Shown one piece after another: positions 50,392 to 59,046 of a stretch of DNA of 64,000 bases. The translations under genes and the position numbers were made by a program. Source of the stretch: Dehalococcoidales bacterium (lineage in GTDB: Bacteria > Chloroflexota > Dehalococcoidia > Dehalococcoidales > UBA1222); the NCBI GenBank assembly GCA_016284035.1, contig JAEEOC010000057.1:4903-68902 (forward strand). The letters run 5' to 3'. Positions within the stretch are counted from its first letter, which is position 1; each line of letters begins with the position of its first letter. Below the pieces are notes generated by a model that made no database searches, was not told the DNA's origin, and was given only the letters and a program-made list of their open reading frames with translations.

Positions 50392-51960
50392 ATGACTATT
50401 GTAGATATGCTGATCAATAATGCGCGCAATTATCCTGATAAAGTTGCGTTGGTAGAACTCGCTCCGACAGCAGGGATCCGCAAAGAAGTGACATGGAAGG
50501 AACTTGAGCAGGGTTCCGCAAAACTGGCGTCCGCTCTGATCAGAGCTGGCATCAAAAAGGACGATAAAGTTCTCCATTTCATGACCAACTCCATCACTTG
50601 GCTCGAAGCTTATTTCGGCATCATCAGGACTGGTGCGTGGGCAGTTCCTTTGAATTACCGTTTCAATGCTAAGGACTTCCTCTATTGCGCACAGGTCTCC
50701 GAAGCCCGTATGCTCATCATGGGTCAGGCTTTCGTCGACCGTGTCATGAGCGTCAAGAATCATCTTACCTATCTTGAGAAGATGATCGTCGTGGACGATC
50801 AAGCTACTGATGATCTGATCCTTTATAAGGATTTCATCGCCACCGGCGACCCCAATGATGAACTTTATGTCCCCAAGAGCGACGATGTCTGCGGACTGTA
50901 TTTTACTTCCGGCACCACAGGCGATCCCAAGCCTATTGTACTGCCCCATAAGAACATGGAACATGCTGCAAAGGCTGAACAGATGCATCATATGCAGACC
51001 ATCGATGATAATTTCATGCTCATCCCGCCGCTGTATCACTGCGGCGCCAAGATGCACTGGTTCGGCAGTCTCATGACCGCCTCCAAGGCTGTCCTTCTCA
51101 ACGAAGTCAGCCCCAAGACCATCATCGAGACCATGTCCAAGGAAAAATGCACCATCGCCTGGCTCCTGGTCCCCTGGGCCCAGGACATCCTTGTTGCACT
51201 GGACAAAGGCGAGATAAAACTAGAAGATTATGACTTAAAACAGTGGCGGCTCATGCATATTGGCGCACAGCCTGTCCCCAAGAGCCTTATCATGCACTGG
51301 AAAGATTACTTCCCCGATATGCTCTATGACACCAATTACGGCCTCAGTGAATGCACCGGCCCCGGCTGTGTACATCTGGGAGTAGAGAACATCCACAAGG
51401 TCGGTGCCATCGGCGTCCCCGGTTATGGCTGGGAATGCAAGATCGTCGACAAGGACATGAATCCTGTCAAACAGGGGGAAGTGGGCGAACTCCTACTTCG
51501 CGGTGACGGTGTCATGCGTGAATATTATAAGAATCCTAAGAAGACCGCCGAGACCATCATGCCGGACGGTTTCCTGCGCACTGGCGATGTGGCAAAGATG
51601 GACGAAGACGGATTCATCTATCTGGTAGACAGGATCAAAGACCTCATCATCGTAGGCGGTGAGAACGTCTATCCTGTCGAAGTGGAAGATATGATCCGCA
51701 CCAATCCAGCCGTTCTGGATGTCGCCGTCATCGGTGTCCCAGATGACAGACTGGGAGAGATCGTAGTCGCCATCATCAAGACCAAACCTGGCATGGAGCT
51801 CTCCAATGATGAGATCAAGGCCTTCTGCGATATCCGACTGCCCAGATATAAGCGTCCCAGGATCTTTGTTTTCGGTGAGGTCATGCGTAACCCCACCGGT
51901 AAGATAGAGAAACCTAAGATGCGCGAGAAATATGCTTATCTGGCAAATACCGCTAAATAA
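50392..51960 (+). CDS. AMP-forming acyl-CoA synthetase/ligase (ANL superfamily)
   Basis: 522 aa with FTSGTTGDPKPIVLPH, YGLSECTG, FLRTGD, VGGENVYPVEVE and GKIEKPKMRE. Confidence 0.9.
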   Translation: MTIVDMLINNARNYPDKVALVELAPTAGIRKEVTWKELEQGSAKLASALIRAGIKKDDKVLHFMTNSITWLEAYFGIIRTGAWAVPLNYRFNAKDFLYCAQVSEARMLIMGQAFVDRVMSVKNHLTYLEKMIVVDDQATDDLILYKDFIATGDPNDELYVPKSDDVCGLYFTSGTTGDPKPIVLPHKNMEHAAKAEQMHHMQTIDDNFMLIPPLYHCGAKMHWFGSLMTASKAVLLNEVSPKTIIETMSKEKCTIAWLLVPWAQDILVALDKGEIKLEDYDLKQWRLMHIGAQPVPKSLIMHWKDYFPDMLYDTNYGLSECTGPGCVHLGVENIHKVGAIGVPGYGWECKIVDKDMNPVKQGEVGELLLRGDGVMREYYKNPKKTAETIMPDGFLRTGDVAKMDEDGFIYLVDRIKDLIIVGGENVYPVEVEDMIRTNPAVLDVAVIGVPDDRLGEIVVAIIKTKPGMELSNDEIKAFCDIRLPRYKRPRIFVFGEVMRNPTGKIEKPKMREKYAYLANTAK

Positions 51961-51981
51961 CAGTATCCTTTCCATTTTATC

Positions 51982-52015
51982 AACGCTATCATCCCTCGAT
52001 GGTAGCGTTTTTATT
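51982..52015 (+). terminator. Intrinsic terminator
   Basis: AACGCTATCAT / ATGGTAGCGTT stem (one G-U pair) with a 6-nt loop, followed by TTTATTT. Confidence 0.65.
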
Positions 52016-52052
52016 TAGAAACACGCCTAAAAGCACACTTCTGGCACTTGTT

Positions 52053-52079
52053 TTAGCAATCATCAAAAAATATTGCTAA
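52053..52079 (+). promoter_or_regulatory. CIRCE-like operator 1 upstream of hsp20
   Basis: TTAGCAATC-N9-TATTGCTAA, lying 17 nt upstream of the -35. Confidence 0.7.
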
Positions 52080-52096
52080 TTTTTTTGAAAAAGGTA

Positions 52097-52125
52097 TTGA
52101 CACTATTGTTGTTTAGGTATATAGT
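52097..52125 (+). promoter_or_regulatory. Sigma70-type promoter of hsp20
   Basis: TTGACA (52097-52102), a 17-nt spacer, then TATAGT (52120-52125). Confidence 0.6.
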
Positions 52126-52129
52126 GTTA

Positions 52130-52156
52130 CTAGCAATCGAGAAAAGAGATTGCTAA
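52130..52156 (+). promoter_or_regulatory. CIRCE-like operator 2 upstream of hsp20
   Basis: CTAGCAATC-N9-GATTGCTAA. It starts 5 nt after the -10 and covers the expected transcription start. Confidence 0.7.
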
Positions 52157-52193
52157 AACAAACAGATAACAACAAAACAGGAGGTTTTTTGAA

Positions 52194-52637
52194 ATGACTA
52201 CTAAACTTTGGAATCCCTTACAGGAAATGCGAATGATGGAGAACCTTGCCAACCGATTGTGGCAGTCCAATGATTATTCCAGCTGCGAAGATTGGAACAT
52301 CTCTCTCGATGTAATGAAGAAAGGCGACACTTTTGCTGTTGCAGCTTCTCTCCCCGGTATCGACGCTAAAGATATCGATGTCTCCATCGAAGATAACGTC
52401 CTTACTATCCGAGCAGAACGCAAGGATCCTGCCGCTGATGACAAGGAGATCACTTACTTGGTAAATGAACGACCTGTCGGTTCTTTCTACCGAGCACTCC
52501 GACTCCCCGAGACCATCGATACTTCCAAGGTCCAGTCTTCCTACAAAGATGGTGTCCTGATGATCACTCTTCCCAAAGCAGAAGAACTGAAGAAGAAGCA
52601 GATCAAGATCGATGTAGCCCCTTCAATCGAAGGCTAA
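52194..52637 (+). CDS. Hsp20/alpha-crystallin-family small heat-shock protein
   Basis: 147 aa with an alpha-crystallin domain (DVMKKGDTFAVAASLPGIDAKDIDVSIEDNVLTIRAER...SFYRALRLP...YKDGVLMITLPK) and an AGGAGG ribosome-binding site. Confidence 0.93.
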   Translation: MTTKLWNPLQEMRMMENLANRLWQSNDYSSCEDWNISLDVMKKGDTFAVAASLPGIDAKDIDVSIEDNVLTIRAERKDPAADDKEITYLVNERPVGSFYRALRLPETIDTSKVQSSYKDGVLMITLPKAEELKKKQIKIDVAPSIEG

Positions 52638-52669
52638 CCTTCCTTTCATTTTTATTTCTCTCCCATTTT

Positions 52670-52698
52670 GCCCTGGCCGTCGCAAGCCAGGGCTTTTT
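52670..52698 (+). terminator. Intrinsic terminator after hsp20
   Basis: GCCCTGGC / GCCAGGGC stem with an 8-nt loop, followed by TTTTT. Confidence 0.75.
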
Positions 52699-52839
52699 CG
52701 TTTCCGGGATGCATACACAATCTGGACAATCCATGATAGTTGGGGAAAAATACTGTTGAACAATTAACGCACTTCGCCTGTAGGGATCTGCGGTGCGGCT
52801 AATCAATAACGTGAGAACAAAAACCGGGAGAGACTGATC

Positions 52840-55302
52840 ATGGACGATGATTTTGATTTAAAAAGAAGACTCATGGATGAGACGGCCGAGAAGCTGCATA
52901 TATACGTTCGCAAACTGGTCAAGGAAAAGAAAAGAAAACAATCCCAAGCTTTTTGCGAAGAAATGTTTCCACAGATCGCGCGTACAGGTTTTATTAAAAG
53001 GCTGCTTTCTGCACTGATCGATCGGGACACTGAAAGGATTGCGGACTCATCTGCATCTCCGCAGGATACTTACGCTTTTGTTAACAACAGGCTTTCCGAA
53101 AAGATGAAAGTCGTCGGACCGCAAACCGAAACAAACCCCTCGGACAGTGTCATTATCAGCGTCGGTGAAGGCGTCAAACTAAGACTGCAAAGAAAAACTT
53201 CAGGGGATTATGAATGTGCTGTATGCGTACCTGCTGACGAGAGCTATTCAGAAAGCAGTTTTACAGACCCCGATATGCCGGACGGCAAGGAAGAAGCAGC
53301 ACCATTTGTATTTCCGTCTGATCGTCTCGGTTCTTTTTGTTCTGCCGCAGAATACATATTTGACAATGCCCACGATCTGAAGGATTGGGCCAAGCATGAA
53401 TGCTGGGATCTGTGGGAAAAATATGAATATATCGATTATCCCAAAAAAGACGTATATGACAAGGTCCCAGTATACTGGTGGTGGGCATGGCTCCAAAACG
53501 CCTCAGAAAAGGATCTTTCAGACCTTGAATTCATAAAAAAACTGGTCGCTCGTCGCGGCGAGTGCTTAGCATATGCGTTACCTGCGTCCAAAGCGGACAG
53601 AAAGACCGTCCTTGGTGCCATAAAAGATACCGATTACGCCATAACATACGCATCTGAAGAGCTCCAAAACGACCGCGGTTTCGTCCTTCAGGCACTCGAT
53701 GCCAATAGTTATGCATTCCAGTATGTATTAGACAAGTTCAAAGATGACAAGAAAGTGGCACTTAAAGCAGTGTCCAATGTAGGGTCAAACCTCCAATATG
53801 TTTCCGAACGGCTCAAAGGCGATCAGGACGTGGTAGATATCGCATTGGAGCAGGATATGTCCAATTTCCGCTATGCGTCGGAGGCTTTCCGTTCAAATAA
53901 AGAATACGTAATGAAAGCTGTAGCTGAGCGCGGGAAACTGCTCCAGGTGTTGCCAGAACAGCTTCGCTCCGACAGGCAAGTAGTCTTATCTGCAGTAACA
54001 TCCAACGGCGCAGCACTTCAATACGCGTCTGAAATATTTAAAAACGATCGTGAAATCGTACTGACCGCTGTAAATAATTACGGGGCTGCTCTGGAGTACG
54101 CCTCAGACGAGCTTCGTGATGACAAGGAGATCATCTTCGCGGCTGTCGAAAACAATTGGGCATCACTCGAATATGCCTCGGACAGACTCAAGTCCGACAA
54201 AGAGACTGCTCTGTTTACGATAAGCAAGGACAGTGAGGCCTGGCATAATGTTTCTCCTGAACTGTTTTCTGACATTGATATCATAAAAGCAGCACTGGAA
54301 GCAGACGGGTACGAGATCATCGAATCCCTGCCGGACAGCATGCTAAATAACACTGACACGGTCTTATGCATCCTGGAAGCCCTATCTGCGACTCCCCCTG
54401 ACATGGATAATTACGGGGAATTCGCTGACGGGACGAGCGAATATTACAACATTTTTAGAGATGCGGAAGATGCCTTTTGCGACCTCGTGGAGGGACTGAC
54501 CGAAAAGACTCTCAAGAGCGATCATCATCTCGTGAACAAGATATGCGAGTTAGCAGCTTCGCTGGACAGTTCCTATTACGAAGAAGGAGCAAATCCGTAC
54601 GAGGACTCTCATACTCGCCTCCCAGATAGACTTAAGGAATATTTTGAGGAAAACGGTATCCCTTACAGCAATATCATCACAGACGCCATCGATTCAAGGG
54701 AAGCCAAAAAGTACCATCCCAAAGATTACGGCGAAGATATCTCTCTCGAGGATAGCCTTTTCCTCGAGGCGGGAGATTATTACGAATGGCTGGCAGAGAA
54801 GATCCGTAACGAGGAAGGACATGAGGCCTTCACAGATTATCTTAGCCCCAACGGGAGCTGGGTGTTTAACGTAATGGAAAGATTCGTTAAGTCTCTCATC
54901 GCAAACTGGGAGGATCTTTTCCACGATGACGAGCTCTGGCGAGACGAAGATTATGCAGTCGATCTCGACAAAACTTATGAGGAAATAAACAAAAGACTCT
55001 CATCAAAGATGGAGGTCCAGAGAAACGCATTTGAGTATTATTACTCAGAAAACGTCAAAGTACAGGTAAATGAACATATCCTGTTTAAGCTTGTCCGAGA
55101 GCTTCCGCTCAAGATACTCGAACTTTGGGTAAACGATTACGATACCGATCGTGAACGCGGATTCTGGGTGGCTCCGGATAGACTGGATGTTTTCTGCGAT
55201 TTGGCGGAATACGTACATGACAATTACAAAGACTTTGAAGACCGAGCGAAAGAACGGGCATCAAGGATACTGTGGAGATACTCGGACGCAAAGAATGAGT
55301 AA
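52840..55302 (+). CDS. Large repeat protein: about 11-12 tandem 25-aa DUF4116-like repeats flanked by duplicated terminal modules, unknown function
   Basis: 820 aa with no signal peptide or TM segment. The repeat unit resembles xVLxAVxxNGxALxYASxxLKxDKE. Confidence 0.7.
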   Translation: MDDDFDLKRRLMDETAEKLHIYVRKLVKEKKRKQSQAFCEEMFPQIARTGFIKRLLSALIDRDTERIADSSASPQDTYAFVNNRLSEKMKVVGPQTETNPSDSVIISVGEGVKLRLQRKTSGDYECAVCVPADESYSESSFTDPDMPDGKEEAAPFVFPSDRLGSFCSAAEYIFDNAHDLKDWAKHECWDLWEKYEYIDYPKKDVYDKVPVYWWWAWLQNASEKDLSDLEFIKKLVARRGECLAYALPASKADRKTVLGAIKDTDYAITYASEELQNDRGFVLQALDANSYAFQYVLDKFKDDKKVALKAVSNVGSNLQYVSERLKGDQDVVDIALEQDMSNFRYASEAFRSNKEYVMKAVAERGKLLQVLPEQLRSDRQVVLSAVTSNGAALQYASEIFKNDREIVLTAVNNYGAALEYASDELRDDKEIIFAAVENNWASLEYASDRLKSDKETALFTISKDSEAWHNVSPELFSDIDIIKAALEADGYEIIESLPDSMLNNTDTVLCILEALSATPPDMDNYGEFADGTSEYYNIFRDAEDAFCDLVEGLTEKTLKSDHHLVNKICELAASLDSSYYEEGANPYEDSHTRLPDRLKEYFEENGIPYSNIITDAIDSREAKKYHPKDYGEDISLEDSLFLEAGDYYEWLAEKIRNEEGHEAFTDYLSPNGSWVFNVMERFVKSLIANWEDLFHDDELWRDEDYAVDLDKTYEEINKRLSSKMEVQRNAFEYYYSENVKVQVNEHILFKLVRELPLKILELWVNDYDTDRERGFWVAPDRLDVFCDLAEYVHDNYKDFEDRAKERASRILWRYSDAKNE
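53527..54390 (+). repeat. Protein-level tandem repeat array (25-aa period) inside the 820-aa ORF
   Basis: Consecutive units include VVLSAVTSNGAALQYASEIFKNDRE, IVLTAVNNYGAALEYASDELRDDKE and IIFAAVENNWASLEYASDRLKSDKE. Confidence 0.8.
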
Positions 55303-55431
55303 GAAAATCCCCCTGATATGATGATGTGAGATTCTCGATACTTTCCTTCCGGATTGAGACTTATGTCATGTCAGTATCCCGAAAAGTTTTGTATAATAAT
55401 CATTACTTAAAAACTAGACTGGATTTATATT

Positions 55432-55953
55432 ATGGCGATCAGACAGATCTTAGTAGCACCCAATCCTCTCCTTCGAAAGAAGGCTGAGGTAGTTCAGAAT
55501 ATAGATGCATCCATCGTAAAATTGGCCGAAGACATGGTGGAGACGTTGGAAGCTGCCGGCGGGGTAGGTCTCGCCGCGCCGCAGATCGGCGTATCCAAAC
55601 GTGTCATCGTCATCTGGGTTCCCGATGAAGATCCTATCGTCCTGGTCAATCCTAAAGTTGCCAAGCATTTCGGCGAAAGATATGTCACCGAAGGCTGTCT
55701 CAGCGTCCCCCAGATGCAAGGCAAAGTAAAACGTTCCCGCGAAGTGATCGTCAAAGCAGTCGACCCCGCCGGCAGCCCGGTCAGGATCGACGCAACCGGC
55801 CTTAAGGCACAGGCACTGGAACATGAGATCAACCATCTCGACGGCATCCTTTATACTGATCTGATCGTTCCCGGTTCGTTGACGAAGACTCAGATCACCG
55901 AATCCTTTGAAGACGTCATCGACGATGTCTGGCAGAGCAAGCATGTCTCATAA
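55432..55953 (+). CDS. def: Peptide deformylase
   Basis: 173 aa with GVGLAAPQIG, EGCLSVP and HEINHLDG. Confidence 0.96.
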   Translation: MAIRQILVAPNPLLRKKAEVVQNIDASIVKLAEDMVETLEAAGGVGLAAPQIGVSKRVIVIWVPDEDPIVLVNPKVAKHFGERYVTEGCLSVPQMQGKVKRSREVIVKAVDPAGSPVRIDATGLKAQALEHEINHLDGILYTDLIVPGSLTKTQITESFEDVIDDVWQSKHVS

Positions 55954-56590
55954 ACCTCTCATGATACAGTGCGATTTTGACGGCACTGTGACTGTCGGAG
56001 ACCTCAGTTTTCAGATCCTTGATGACTATACCGATGTTCCATGGCGACAGTGGTTCGATGATTTCAGGCATGGCAAGATCACTGTCAATGACTATAACGC
56101 CAAGGCGTTCGCTTACGTAAAAGCTTCTAAAGAAGAACTGCAGCGCTATGCCGTAAAACATGTACGCCTGCGTCCGGGACTGTCAGAACTCCTGACGTTT
56201 TGCAAAGATCACGACGTGCGTTTTGTCTTCGTCTCCAACGGCATGACTTTTTATATCGAGGCCATACTGGATCTGATAGGTTTCCCCCAGATTGAATACC
56301 ACGCAGCTGACTGCGAGTACCTGCCAAACGGTATCAAAGCTGTCTATCACGATCCGTCAGGAAAAGCTGTAAGAGATCACTTCAAAGAAGCTTATGCCAA
56401 GCATTTCATCAAAGAAGGCTATCGTATCGCATATTTCGGGAACGGCCTTTCTGATTTCAAAGCCGCCAGCATGTGTGATTATGTTTATGGGATAGAGAGT
56501 CTCGCTAAAGAATGCGACAAACAGGGAGTATCCTATAAGCCCTTCGACTGCCTCAGCGACGTCATCAGCGACCTTCTGTCGCTTATCTAA
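55943..56590 (+). CDS. HAD-IB-family phosphatase (MtnX-like)
   Basis: From the ATG at 55943 it reads MSHKPLMIQCDFDGTVT, followed by FVSNGM and a GNGLSDFKAA motif. It overlaps the def 3' end by 11 nt. Confidence 0.7.
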   Translation: MSHKPLMIQCDFDGTVTVGDLSFQILDDYTDVPWRQWFDDFRHGKITVNDYNAKAFAYVKASKEELQRYAVKHVRLRPGLSELLTFCKDHDVRFVFVSNGMTFYIEAILDLIGFPQIEYHAADCEYLPNGIKAVYHDPSGKAVRDHFKEAYAKHFIKEGYRIAYFGNGLSDFKAASMCDYVYGIESLAKECDKQGVSYKPFDCLSDVISDLLSLI

Positions 56591-57246
56591 TGATAGTGGC
56601 GTTCTCCGAACAGGAGCGTGCCGACCCTTACGATATTGGCTCCCTCTTCGATACCTACACGATAAGTGCTCGTCATACCCATGGAAAGGTATTTCATTTC
56701 CACATTGGGCACTGTCTGCTTTTTTATATCTTCGAAGAGTTCTTTCGTAAGTTTGAAATACGGCCTGATCTCTTCTGGGTCATCAAGCAATGGACCCATA
56801 GTCATAAGTCCCTGGACAGACAGGTTCGGCAGTGCTGAAACGCTCTTAATGACCTCCAGCGCATCTTCAGGCAGGATCCCGCTCTTCTGTTCCTCACGGG
56901 CGCTGTTGATCTCCAAAAGAATCGGCATCTTTTTCCCTATCTTGCCGCACTGGGTATCCAACGCCTTAGCAAAATGATAGGAATCCACGCTTTCGACCAT
57001 ATCGAAGAGCTGCGCAATGATCTTGGCTTTGTTGGATTGTGCCGTACCGATCATATGCCACATTGCTTTATTGCCGATCACAGGATGGAGTTCCTGCGCT
57101 TCTTTTACATAATTCTCTCCGACATATCTGATGCCGGCATCGATCGCTCGCAACACTTCCTCTGAAGTTCGGGTCTTGATGGCGGCCACGACCCTCACGT
57201 CTTTTGGCACTTCGGCCAGTATCTTTTTTACTGCATCTTCTATCAT
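56587..57246 (-). CDS. yggS: YggS-family pyridoxal-phosphate homeostasis protein
   Basis: 219 aa with VVAAIKTRT (PLP-binding lysine), WHMIGTAQSNK and LSMGMTSTY. Confidence 0.9.
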   Translation of the reverse strand: MIEDAVKKILAEVPKDVRVVAAIKTRTSEEVLRAIDAGIRYVGENYVKEAQELHPVIGNKAMWHMIGTAQSNKAKIIAQLFDMVESVDSYHFAKALDTQCGKIGKKMPILLEINSAREEQKSGILPEDALEVIKSVSALPNLSVQGLMTMGPLLDDPEEIRPYFKLTKELFEDIKKQTVPNVEMKYLSMGMTSTYRVGIEEGANIVRVGTLLFGERHYH

Positions 57247-57350
57247 TGCCAGACCTTCCTTATCTGCCGGTGATTTACCAGGTTATTCAAGTAAAGCATT
57301 ATTTTGTATTTCTTGCTACAATTCTATGCAGAAGACTACGGAGGCCATGT

Positions 57351-58514
57351 ATGAAAAAACAGAAGTTTTTCAGTATTTTTCTTTCGGCTGTACTCTGCTT
57401 AGCCGTCGCGCTGACTTCAGCTTGCGACCCGCTGAGTTGTAATAATAAAAATGGCGACCTTGATCCGGACGCTACTCCCGATCTTGAGAAGATCATCGCA
57501 AAATATCCTGACTCCGCCTACTGTGAAGTGTATGGCACTGCTTCCAACACTGATATAGACTTCGATATCAAAGCAAAAGTCTATTCTGAGACCAATCATG
57601 CCAGGATCGACACCAACATGATGAAGTTCCCGGTCTCGATCTACATGGATTACGATACAGGTGACGATTATATCTATGTCTCTCTTCTTAAGAAAGCACT
57701 AAAAGTATCCATCGATCTTTCTGATTATGCCCCTCATGTCCTCATCAAGGATCTGGATCTCTCCAAATGCACGATCCTGGGCGAACAGGTCGTCGACGGC
57801 AAAAAATGCGCAGTATTCGTTTATGAAGACGCTCTTCCTTTGAGTTCAGATTACAATTCACGAAGCACCACCATCTGGCTCTGGGAAGACTACGGCTTCC
57901 CTGTCAGGATGGAGACTTCTGACGTTTATATCACTTTCAGCAAGATGTCTTTCAAAGATATCGATGACGAAAAATTCGTCCTGCCCGGAAAAGCCAGTGT
58001 TATCGATGCATCCGGTTTATTTGATCTAAGCGGTCTTTTAGGTGGCATCGATCTCGACAATATCGGGAACGGGGAAGGTAACGGCGATGATCCTGATGAT
58101 ACTGGTGCCATCAACCTTTCTGACATCCTCAGCGGCCTCACCGGTAATGGTGAAGGCGGCAGCATAATAGATATACTGGGAGGTCTTACCGGCAATGGTG
58201 ATTCATCCGAAGGCCTCGGAAACCTTTTCGATCTTTTAGGCAGTCTCAGCGGATCTGGCGATGGTAATTCATCAGGCTCCGGAGACGGATCTATCGATCT
58301 CGGAAACCTTCTTGAAGGACTCAATGATTACGAAGGCGGCTCTGTCAATGAAGACGACCTCGGAAATCTCCTAGACGCACTGAACGGCTCTGAAGGCGGT
58401 TCCGGCGATGGCGACCTGGGCGACCTTTTTGATCTGCTTGAAGGCCTCGGAGGTTCAGGCAGCGGTTCTTCTGGTCTGGGCGGACTTGGCAGCCTCATCA
58501 ACATATTTAATTAG
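57351..58514 (+). CDS. Lipoprotein: LolA-like/DUF4367-like domain plus a Gly/Asp/Ser-rich repeat tail
   Basis: From the ATG at 57351 (behind GGAGG) it reads MKKQKFFSIFLSAVLCLAVALTSAC-D, a lipobox. The track ORF's 5' extension overlaps yggS on the opposite strand. Confidence 0.7.
   Translation: MKKQKFFSIFLSAVLCLAVALTSACDPLSCNNKNGDLDPDATPDLEKIIAKYPDSAYCEVYGTASNTDIDFDIKAKVYSETNHARIDTNMMKFPVSIYMDYDTGDDYIYVSLLKKALKVSIDLSDYAPHVLIKDLDLSKCTILGEQVVDGKKCAVFVYEDALPLSSDYNSRSTTIWLWEDYGFPVRMETSDVYITFSKMSFKDIDDEKFVLPGKASVIDASGLFDLSGLLGGIDLDNIGNGEGNGDDPDDTGAINLSDILSGLTGNGEGGSIIDILGGLTGNGDSSEGLGNLFDLLGSLSGSGDGNSSGSGDGSIDLGNLLEGLNDYEGGSVNEDDLGNLLDALNGSEGGSGDGDLGDLFDLLEGLGGSGSGSSGLGGLGSLINIFN
58000..58511 (+). 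repeat. Degenerate protein-level repeats (D/N)L(F/L)DLLxGLxG(S/N)G(D/E)G
   Basis: About nine copies, for example LSDILSGLTGNGEGG, IIDILGGLTGNGDSS, LGNLFDLLGSLSGSGDGN, LGNLLDALNGSEGGSGDG and LGDLFDLLEGLGGSGSG. Confidence 0.7.
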
Positions 58515-58524
58515 GAAAAGATAA

Positions 58525-59013
58525 ATGGCACCTCTTGACATAATCATCCCTATCGCTAGCGGACTTCTCTTAGTCCTGGGACTTGTCGGTGTTTTCTTGC
58601 CGGCACTGCCCGGTATCCCACTGGCCTTAGCCGGATTTGTTCTGTATTCCTGGGGCACAGGTTTTGAGAAGATATCACTAACGACCACGATCGTCTTTGC
58701 GGCGATTTGCGTATTCATAATGGTATTGGATCTTGTTGCACAACTGCTTGGAGCCAAAAAGATGGATGTTTCCAAGGCAGGCCAGATAGGTGTAGCCCTG
58801 GGCACGATCGCCGGTCTGTTCTTCATGCCCTGGGGCATCCTCGTCGGACCGGCTCTCGGAGGTTTTATAGGAGAGTTCATCCATGAGCAGGATGTAAAAC
58901 ATGCCTTGAAGGCTGCACTGGGTGCCATGATCGGAACTCTTTGTACCGCAGTGATCAAGGTCATCCTTATCATCATTATGATTGGTTTCTTCGTCGTTGC
59001 ATTAGTGCGCTGA
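58525..59013 (+). CDS. DUF456 membrane protein
   Basis: 162 aa with four TM segments and the motif GVFLPALPGIPLALAG. Confidence 0.65.
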   Translation: MAPLDIIIPIASGLLLVLGLVGVFLPALPGIPLALAGFVLYSWGTGFEKISLTTTIVFAAICVFIMVLDLVAQLLGAKKMDVSKAGQIGVALGTIAGLFFMPWGILVGPALGGFIGEFIHEQDVKHALKAALGAMIGTLCTAVIKVILIIIMIGFFVVALVR

Positions 59014-59046
59014 CGACACTTTTAGACTTAAGACTGGAGCATTCAG

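Noticed and set aside
59014-59046. T-box leader upstream of hisS.
   Set aside because: The spacer is only 33 nt, far too short for a T-box.
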